IMG/VR virus record: IMGVR_UViG_3300017963_000262
Span: 1 to 64,000 of that record
Source of the DNA: a virus
Strand: one strand, 5' to 3'
Length of the DNA stretch: 64,000 nt
A program made the position numbers and the translations under genes. Under the pieces are notes generated by a model. It saw nothing but the letters and a program-made list of their open reading frames with translations. It was not told the DNA's origin and did not search any database. This document shows positions 57,505 to 64,000 of the stretch, one piece after another. How positions within the stretch are numbered: position 1 is the stretch's first letter; every line of letters begins with the position of its first letter.

Positions 57505-58258
57505 GATTGCATTAACATCAGATCTACATTACGGCTGTACCGGAAATTCTGCAAATAAAATACAGAAAATGTTTAATCGTTTGAATAATCAGGATTTTGA
57601 TGTTTTAATCTTAGCTGGGGACCTAGCCTCACATACACAATATCACTACAAAAGATGTTTAGAAACAGCGCGTCAGTGCATACCAGACAAGCCTATTCTG
57701 ACAGTTCGAGGCAACCATGATTTGTGGGATGGTTTACACAAAAAAGATAAAAAGTCACAGAGACGAATGTTATATCAAATATATGAAGAACATGAGCAAT
57801 TATACCGAGACAATAACATACAACATCTAGATACGCCATTTAAGCTCGATGATGTTACTATTTTTGGATTTGATGGATGGTATCATAAACCGGACCCCAA
57901 AACTAACGACAGTCATTGGATGCCTCTTATGCACGAAAGTTGTCGCACGTTAACATATTTATCAAATAATAGTTTTAAAGATTTTGATAGAGTTTTAGAT
58001 CAATACGATAAACAAAAAAATGATATTAATGTTTTAGTTAGTCACTTCCCATCAATTGCAATAAAAAATGATAGACATGAATTTAATGCGTCACCGCGTT
58101 TTCTTCCAGAAATAAAAGAACGGTTTGATGTTGTTTGTTATGGACATTCGCATAAATTTATGAATATAACCGAAGATGGTACACGTTTTTGTAACTCTGG
58201 TTCTGACTATGGTAAACCTTCAGCAATGATTATTAATACTAAATTGTCCTCTGTCTGA
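57437..58258 (+). CDS. calcineurin-like metallophosphoesterase
   Basis: 273 aa; SDLHYG (DxH), ILAGDLA (GDxxD), RGNHD motifs. Confidence 0.5.
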   Translation: MINTKMQINLWLIKLERYIDMAKIALTSDLHYGCTGNSANKIQKMFNRLNNQDFDVLILAGDLASHTQYHYKRCLETARQCIPDKPILTVRGNHDLWDGLHKKDKKSQRRMLYQIYEEHEQLYRDNNIQHLDTPFKLDDVTIFGFDGWYHKPDPKTNDSHWMPLMHESCRTLTYLSNNSFKDFDRVLDQYDKQKNDINVLVSHFPSIAIKNDRHEFNASPRFLPEIKERFDVVCYGHSHKFMNITEDGTRFCNSGSDYGKPSAMIINTKLSSV

Positions 58259-58346
58259 CTGGCTGGACTTGCACCAGCAGCTTTCCGCTAATTTTTTTGA
58301 GGGTCTAACGCTTGATCCTCAAGCTTTCCCTCGGTCTTAGTAGTCG

Positions 58347-58523
58347 CCATTAAAATAACAGATATTTCAGTCCACTTAAATAAAAAAATTGAACTAATAT
58401 AATAATCATTAATCCACTCATTAATTTAGGTCCATACCAGCCATCGATAAAAGAACTCAATAATAAAAAGGGCCAAAAAAGAATGCCTAAAAACGCAAAA
58501 ATAATTAACTCAAAAAAATACAT
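58347..58523 (-). CDS. small 2-TM membrane protein (candidate, below ORF-track cutoff)
   Basis: 58 aa MYFFELIIFAFLGILFWPFLLLSSFIDGWYGPKLMSGLMIIILVQFFYLSGLKYLLF; TAATG coupled to the upstream gene stop. Confidence 0.35.
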
Positions 58524-58765
58524 TATATCTCACCAAGTTCTTTTAGAGTTCCCCTAGCATGAAATTTTGCAGCTTCGCTCTTAGCAAAAGATGCTATAGT
58601 TTTTAGCGTTTCAACGGCTTTTATATAATCAGCCTTTATTTCGGCCAATTCTGCAGAGTGAGCCTTCTCTCGTCGCTCTAAAGCCCTCTCGCATTCCTGC
58701 TCCATAGATCTTCTACCATCCTCAAAAGCTTGGTCTAGGGACTCGTCTCGCTCATCTGGAAACAT
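58523..58765 (-). CDS. hypothetical acidic helical protein
   Basis: 80 aa. Confidence 0.35.
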   Translation of the reverse strand: MFPDERDESLDQAFEDGRRSMEQECERALERREKAHSAELAEIKADYIKAVETLKTIASFAKSEAAKFHARGTLKELGEI

Positions 58766-59169
58766 TATATCTCCTTAATACTCATACCAAAGCCACCATA
58801 ATACCCATTATGTTCATTATGTGCAGCAAATGTAATAGAAGACTTATTGCCTTGAATTTCTAAAAAACAAGTTTCATGCTCGACCCAACCTTCTTCGTCA
58901 CTTTCATCCTTGTAACCTTTTTCCATAATGTGAACTAAAGTTTGTCCGACTAGATCTTCAATATTATCATCAAGAGTTAAATACCGATGTTCGCAACAAG
59001 ATTGACCACCGTCAAAAATTCTAATAGTCACACCATCCTCAAACTCAATATCAACGAAATCCTCATCAAACTTTGCAGATTTAATTACTCGACCAGCGTA
59101 TTTATCTGAACGTTCTGGTGAGCCGCCACCTAATATGTGGAGCATAGCTCCCATTCCCAATTGACTCAT
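58765..59169 (-). CDS. hypothetical protein
   Basis: 134 aa; Cys/His-containing (CCEHRY). Confidence 0.4.
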   Translation of the reverse strand: MSQLGMGAMLHILGGGSPERSDKYAGRVIKSAKFDEDFVDIEFEDGVTIRIFDGGQSCCEHRYLTLDDNIEDLVGQTLVHIMEKGYKDESDEEGWVEHETCFLEIQGNKSSITFAAHNEHNGYYGGFGMSIKEI

Positions 59170-59378
59170 CGTTCAATCCTTGTCAAAATAAGTTTATTTG
59201 CATCCAATTGTTTTCTTGATGCTCTGCGAAAAGCTAAAGCTTCTTTTGAGATACCATTAGGACTAACTGAAATTTCTCTTCCACCAAGACTATATTCTTT
59301 TCGCTTTCCTTTTTCTTCTTTAACTAGAATGTATTCTACATGATATGATTGTTGTTTCATTTTTTTTCCTTTATGCAA
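59166..59378 (-). CDS. hypothetical basic protein
   Basis: 70 aa, overlapping coupling both ends. Confidence 0.3.
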   Translation of the reverse strand: MHKGKKMKQQSYHVEYILVKEEKGKRKEYSLGGREISVSPNGISKEALAFRRASRKQLDANKLILTRIER

Positions 59379-59587
59379 CTAAATAATCTTTCAGAATTAA
59401 TTATTTCAGATCCACCAATTTTAAATATTCGTCCTTCATTCTTTGCTTTACGAACAACGCAATCGCTATACCATTTTTGGCAAGAAAGAACATCTTTATC
59501 ACTATACTGCTTTGACGAGCCAATATAATTATTGCTATTAGTAACTGGAGTTCCGCATAACATGGCAATTGCAACTATTAATTCCAT
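59357..59587 (-). CDS. small secreted Cys-containing protein
   Basis: 76 aa; N-terminal hydrophobic segment. Confidence 0.35.
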   Translation of the reverse strand: MELIVAIAMLCGTPVTNSNNYIGSSKQYSDKDVLSCQKWYSDCVVRKAKNEGRIFKIGGSEIINSERLFSCIKEKK

Positions 59588-59930
59588 TATAATCTCCCTT
59601 GATCTAACAGATCACAAAAAGTAGCAAAGTCTGGCCTTACCATTGCAATACCACCGTCATTTGTTTTAATATAAGGCTTCTTAGCGTATTCAATAATCGG
59701 AGTAGGAGCAACATTGGTTTCCATGCTCTCTTTTTTAAAACTGCGTTCCCAACTAGAATATCCTTGAAAATTGGTACAATATGAATTGTATTTAATGTCA
59801 ACAAGAAGTAAATCCCTTAATTTTAAAAATAATTGATACTTTTGTTCCAAAGTATAGCTTGGAGAAACTGGTTCTGGTTTAAAGTCGTTAATTCCAAGAA
59901 TAACTTCAATTGGTGGCAACACTAATGTAC
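59587..59930 (-). CDS. hypothetical protein (N-terminus uncertain)
   Basis: ORF-track 59587-60024 overlaps the tRNA; true start probably internal. Confidence 0.3.
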
Positions 59931-59942
59931 TCCTACGATAAA

Positions 59943-60020
59943 TGGCGGTGCTAGAGGGATTTGAACCCTCGATCTCTGCCGTGACAGGGCAGCGTCCACT
60001 CCAGACTGGACCGTAGCACC
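59943..60020 (-). tRNA. tRNA-Asp (anticodon GUC)
   Basis: minus reads GGTGCTA..GTCC-AGTCTGGAGT-GGAC..CTGCC-CTGTCAC-GGCAG..GAGGG-TTCAAAT-CCCTC-TAGCACC-G-CCA; cloverleaf folds by hand; anticodon loop CU-GUC-AC; encoded CCA. Confidence 0.7.
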
Positions 60021-60187
60021 ACAATCAGGATCTCATCATTTTTTATATTTGTCAAGAAGTTTTTTTTCATCTTGCTTTTCTTTTTTCTTTATTGAGCGAC
60101 GAACAACTTTATCTTGGCGATTTCCTCGCTTCCTATCAATTGCACAATATTGACATTGACACCCTACCCTGTACTTTCCTTGATGCT

Positions 60188-60724
60188 TCACCAGAGTAAC
60201 TCCGCTATAGGATGCAATTCTTTAATTTCTAGATTGTAACAATCATTTCTAACAGTGTAATTATTGCGACTATCAAATTGTCCCTTCTTCATAAACTGCG
60301 CTTTGTTCATATATTCTTCAGGACTGATGTATCCTAATATCCAACCCTTAAGAAACTTATCATTTTCTTTATACACTCTAGTAAACACATAAAAATCACA
60401 ATCCTGCTTACCAGCAATATAATCAACCAATGAACATTCATAATGTAACTCAGGAGGTCTGCTGTAGGTGGTCGCCTTTGTTTTAATTTCTAATCTTTGG
60501 TCCTCAAACAAGATATCATGGTTCACTGTATTCATTGACGTTGCATGAGTTCCTAGACTGGTGATAACGCCAGCCTCACCATAGCATCCCGGATAAACTC
60601 CAGCGCCTTTCATAAAAGAACGCTTAGTTGGTGCAGGGGCACTCTCTATCATTAGCTTGGCCAATTCTTCACAGCGTCCGGTGACATTAAATTCTAAATA
60701 ATCAGTCTTTCCTTTTAACGACAA
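60188..60724 (-). CDS. hypothetical protein
   Basis: 178 aa. Confidence 0.4.
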   Translation of the reverse strand: MSLKGKTDYLEFNVTGRCEELAKLMIESAPAPTKRSFMKGAGVYPGCYGEAGVITSLGTHATSMNTVNHDILFEDQRLEIKTKATTYSRPPELHYECSLVDYIAGKQDCDFYVFTRVYKENDKFLKGWILGYISPEEYMNKAQFMKKGQFDSRNNYTVRNDCYNLEIKELHPIAELLW

Positions 60725-60911
60725 GTCCTATCCCCGGTTTAATAATTGAAGGGTCAGTTAATCCTCGGCTCATCTCAATGCCAACCACTTCCCAAAAATG
60801 TCCTTGATGATAAATAGTATCACCAACACTAATCGGTCTATCGCCTGACTCCATATCGAAAGTCAAAACAATTCCTCTTCCAGCTATATGATGTTCATCT
60901 CTGAATTTCAC
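60702..60911 (-). CDS. hypothetical protein
   Basis: 69 aa. Confidence 0.35.
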   Translation of the reverse strand: MKFRDEHHIAGRGIVLTFDMESGDRPISVGDTIYHQGHFWEVVGIEMSRGLTDPSIIKPGIGLVVKRKD

Positions 60912-61177
60912 TTACAACTCACTACTTTTCTTTTTAACTCTGTAGGAAATCGAAACCAACCATTTGAACGATACTTCACATTGTAACATTCACGCTTATC
61001 ACATACCGTCCTGTAACAGGTAGCTGGCATATACATCTCTAAAGTGTTGCTATATCTCATGCAAGTATATGGTTCACTGTGACTAAGAAGACATCTAGAT
61101 TCAAACTTCTCATATTCCTTGCCACGTTCAGTACATGCGGTAGCTGCGAGTAAAATTAATACCAACAAATATTTCAT
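60908..61177 (-). CDS. small Cys-rich lipoprotein
   Basis: 89 aa; lipobox LLAATAC; 8 Cys. Confidence 0.4.
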   Translation of the reverse strand: MKYLLVLILLAATACTERGKEYEKFESRCLLSHSEPYTCMRYSNTLEMYMPATCYRTVCDKRECYNVKYRSNGWFRFPTELKRKVVSCK

Positions 61178-61467
61178 AAAAATTCTCCTCTAAGATACCG
61201 TATCATCCATCTAACGCTAGGACGATTTTCGTCTATTTCCATCATACCATCACCACAACTATCAAGTCCAGCATATTCTTTATGCACTAAAGTATTGGGC
61301 TTTCCCAGCTCCTTACAGAGCTTGAGATACTCAATCTCCATTTGATCGTATTCTTCATCAGATATGGACTTAGCCAACTTCTTCTTGTACTTGTCACTAG
61401 GTTTATAGTATATAACCTTATGTTTCAGTATATCCCATGAAAGTTTATTAAACCTCTGAATCGACAT
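61174..61467 (-). CDS. hypothetical protein
   Basis: 97 aa. Confidence 0.35.
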   Translation of the reverse strand: MSIQRFNKLSWDILKHKVIYYKPSDKYKKKLAKSISDEEYDQMEIEYLKLCKELGKPNTLVHKEYAGLDSCGDGMMEIDENRPSVRWMIRYLRGEFL

Positions 61468-61729
61468 TAATATCGCTTATTGTGTAGATTTTTGGTTTGT
61501 AGTCCCATTCTCTTTTTTTCCAAGCAACATAGTTTTTATGATTTTCAACTATTTCGATCAATTTTCTCTTTGCCGCAAGTAAACCGTCAAATTCGTTGTC
61601 GATATAGTTACACCACTTTTCTCCCAGCTCTTCCTGAATGATATAGGTTTCTTTACCATTTCTATGAAGTCTGCTAATAATTCGGAATTTCTTGTCATAA
61701 TCAATTTCTTTATCTAATAAGTAACTCAT
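61448..61729 (-). CDS. hypothetical protein
   Basis: 93 aa; SD AAGGAGAAG. Confidence 0.4.
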   Translation of the reverse strand: MSYLLDKEIDYDKKFRIISRLHRNGKETYIIQEELGEKWCNYIDNEFDGLLAAKRKLIEIVENHKNYVAWKKREWDYKPKIYTISDINVDSEV

Positions 61730-61739
61730 ACTTCTCCTT

Positions 61740-62160
61740 AAGATCGGCCAGATAAGGTTTGCTCTGGGCTTGTAGTCCCAGACTCTCCTCTGCTGCTAGT
61801 TGGCGAGGCTCAACCAAGGGGCATCTCATCAATGCTTGCCTAACTTACCTGCTAGTCCGATGATAATATAAATGCTGGATCAGTACGTTCTATGCCAATC
61901 CCTGTCCAGCACACCTCTCTTCTGATAGTTTCCAAGAGGCTTATGGCAACCACCTGTACTAGATTCGGGACCGCTATCTCGATCTTATTCCTCTATCTAG
62001 GGTGGAGATCATCCTAAAAATAAAAACTGGGGATATAGGCTAGACGCGACTCTAGCATCAGCTCGTCGGGGCATGCTTCCCTGCGCTGGCGTTCAACTTA
62101 ATGGTCCATGTGTCTCCAGAGGATTCCCTCTTGCCTCCCACATCGCTATATCCAATATAT
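61740..62160. ncRNA. GC-richer structured non-coding element (candidate ncRNA or long structured leader)
   Basis: ~420 nt with no credible ORF and visibly higher G+C than surroundings; multiple stem-loops, e.g. CTGGG-cttgtagt-CCCAG, GGGACCGCTATCTCG. Confidence 0.3.
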
Positions 62161-62444
62161 TAGTTCTCTTTTTCATCTTTATCAATTTCGTGCATAAACA
62201 ACAATGCCAGTTGCCTAGCCAGTATGTTTTTTTCATTATTAGGGTGTCCCCACCAAGACTGTCCATGAACCCTACCATCATCACTAGTATAAGGACTAAA
62301 ATAATCATAGTATTTCCATCTGGCATGATATTCGTCAGTATAAGGATTGGGACTATCTTCTACGCACACTTTGTTAATAGCCCAACAAGAGTATTTATGA
62401 CTCATTGTATCTAACACAATAGCAGCTTCTAGATAGATGTTCAC
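62160..62444 (-). CDS. hypothetical protein
   Basis: 94 aa; His/Trp-rich (HARWKYYDYFSPYTSDDGRVHGQSWWGHPNNEKN). Confidence 0.4.
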   Translation of the reverse strand: MNIYLEAAIVLDTMSHKYSCWAINKVCVEDSPNPYTDEYHARWKYYDYFSPYTSDDGRVHGQSWWGHPNNEKNILARQLALLFMHEIDKDEKEN

Positions 62445-63739
62445 TCTAAACCTTTCATAATACCTTTAAATATAGGCTACCACACCTTTTATCTATTAGC
62501 AACCCATTTTTTAAAAAAAATATGAGACCGACTTCACCTCCAGATTGAAATAAAGTGACGTACCCTTTTTCAAAGGGAAAAATCTCTTATTTATAAGATA
62601 AACGGAAATATGGCTTAACTCATAGATTTATAAGCTTAGTTACATAAGATTCTAGTATTTTCAGGTATATACCAGTTTACAGTTACTTATAACAAAAAAA
62701 TGTTATATAATTTGCAAATTGTTAAGTATTTGAATTTAAAGGATTTCCATGAATTTTCTATCATATTTTACGTTTATGATAATCTATTAGGTTTATTTTT
62801 TAAGCATACGCTCTCTGACATAGTAGGGATATTTTCAACCCAAAAAAGGTATGTACCCCCCTACCCCCTATACATTTCACCTGAGCGTCTCATCCTGACA
62901 CAGGTACTCATCTTGCATCTGCAACATTCATGCCAACAAACTCTGGCATATTATTTGCTACTGCAAGAACTATACACAAAATATCATGGGACATAAGATG
63001 GTTTTATAGCAACCATAAGAAGATAATATATTGAATGAATATATCTCATCTTGAAACATGAGAACTATTAGATACCTCTATTATATCAATTTGAGTCATA
63101 TCCTGTCAAGAAAAAAATGTATCTTTTTGAAACAATTTTCTAAGTGCTTTATATTAGAGATGAAGTTAATAGATTGGAATGAAACTTGCAATATAAAATT
63201 GCATATATTCTTTACACTTTATACTTAATAGATTCTCAGGATGATATGATCTTAAATGCTTGAAATTGTTAAGTAATTAGCTATTTTACTTAGATTTATA
63301 ACATATTGAGATCATTAAAGAAAATACAGTGTTTCAGGATAGATCTATTATAGTCTCGAAATGAGTCAGTTAATAGATTGTTTCATATTGATATTTTCCT
63401 GAATACTTAAGAATATTTATTTGTCTTATTCTGAGATTTTAAACGCAAGCCATTATATAATTAAGACTAGTCGCCTTAAAAAATTAATAGAGTTTAGAGT
63501 CAACTCTAATAGATTCGTTCATGGTCAAGTGTTTCCTTAGACTTGATGCTGGCTATGTATCAAATTGGGACAGAAACGACAACTTTTATCTGTCTCAAAT
63601 TTTAGCGTTTAGTGTCTCTGAAGGCTTCAGTAAGCTCTCTTTGTCTCAGTTTTAAACGGTCCTTTCGGAGTCTCGTTTTGATACACAGTGTTGTGGTGCC
63701 CTTGTTTTTCAGACTATTAACAGCACAACTGTTTCAGTA

Positions 63740-63772
63740 AGAGACACTTCCCTTACACCTTTATTTGTTAAC
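63740..63772 (-). promoter_or_regulatory. late-promoter-like motif copy 6
   Basis: minus reads GTTAACAAATAAAGGTGTAAGGGAAG; points leftward into the 1.3 kb non-coding region. Confidence 0.4.
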
Positions 63773-63856
63773 TTTAGCACAAATCATGCCATGTGTCAAT
63801 GTGAGACAATATAATAAGTTTTTATACTAGCTATTAAAATAAATAATTAAAGTTAT

Positions 63857-63885
63857 TTGACTCTGCACCGATAAAAAAGTATAAC
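63857..63885 (+). promoter_or_regulatory. sigma70-type promoter (TTGACT-17-TATAAC)
   Basis: TTGACT 63857-63862, 17-nt spacer, TATAAC 63880-63885; SD AAGGTGG then ATG 63908. Confidence 0.5.
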
Positions 63886-63907
63886 CTAACCAACAAAGGT
63901 GGTAAAA

Positions 63908-64000
63908 ATGAAATTTTCAGATAAAAAGAATCTTCCTAAAGGTGTCTCCATTTACGATTTTAATGGCAAAACCAGCATTAAGCTTTACGATACCTATATC
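63908..64000 (+). CDS. hypothetical protein (5' partial, runs off window)
   Basis: MKFSDKKNLPKGVSIYDFNGKTSIKLYDTYI...; strong SD AAGGTGG 8 nt upstream. Confidence 0.45.
   Translation, partial: MKFSDKKNLPKGVSIYDFNGKTSIKLYDTYI

Noticed and set aside
59587-60024. Full-length 145-aa ORF
   Set aside because: Its N-terminal third is the tRNA-Asp gene. Only an internally initiated shorter protein is plausible.
61740-62160. Group I intron hypothesis for the GC-rich element
   Set aside because: Sequences resembling the S element (AGAUAGCGGUCC) and R element (GGGACUACAAG) occur on the minus strand but in S-before-R order, opposite to group I intron topology. No flanking split gene is evident. Kept only as an unspecified structured element.
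62700-62996. 98-aa + ORF in the non-coding control region (also 62073-62414 + and 62093-62326 -)
   Set aside because: No RBS and hydrophobic low-complexity translation. The ORFs sit in the repeat-rich AT region or overlap the better gene 62160-62444 or the structured element.
1-64000. CRISPR array, rRNA, integrase/attachment site, transposase
   Set aside because: No regularly spaced direct repeats, no rRNA-like conserved stretches and no recombinase/transposase-like ORFs were seen. The window looks like a lytic-phage genome segment.

Overview
This 64 kb window looks like a segment of an AT-rich, virulent-type phage genome, organised as strand-switching transcription blocks. (1) 16-12777 (+) is an early/metabolic block. 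It has a single-chain RNR, a ThyA-family enzyme with an overlapping HAD phosphatase, a Prs-like/Nampt-like/macro-domain trio that resembles a NAD+ reconstitution counter-defence module, an SPFH lipoprotein, dUTPase, an HNH endonuclease, a secreted serine protease and small membrane proteins. (2) 47528->12709 (-) is a long late morphogenesis block. In transcription order it has a membrane protein, a terminase-small candidate, large terminase, portal candidate, two repeat-containing paralogs, a fibre-like protein, an acidic scaffold-like protein, the major capsid candidate, a + strand island (32261-35390), then tail fibres with TLTNKTID repeats, a 1363-aa repeat protein and Q/N/G-rich internal-virion-like proteins. 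The island carries a holin candidate, an M15 endolysin, a P-loop protein, small acidic proteins and an HNH gene. (3) 47718-58258 (+) has many small genes plus an RNA healing-and-sealing cassette (ligase, polynucleotide-kinase-like P-loop, metallophosphoesterase-ligase fusion), a 2OG-Fe oxygenase-like gene, a Zn-peptidase lipoprotein and a third HNH gene. (4) 58347-62444 (-) holds small genes and a tRNA-Asp(GUC). (5) A GC-richer structured non-coding element lies at 61740-62160. A 1.4 kb gene-free AT-rich region (62445-63907) carries clustered TTAATAGATT repeats, then a sigma70-type promoter and a partial + gene from 63908. The most striking sequence-level signal is a ~25-nt motif present seven times in one orientation upstream of minus-strand late genes (minus-strand reading AATTAACAAATAAnGnT followed by GGAG/GAGA/GGGG). 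Its architecture resembles T3/T7-type single-subunit RNAP promoters, while the + strand blocks carry canonical TTGACA-17/18-TATAAT-like host promoters. No rRNA or CRISPR array was seen. Most functional calls rest on motif recognition by eye and need homology searches to confirm.
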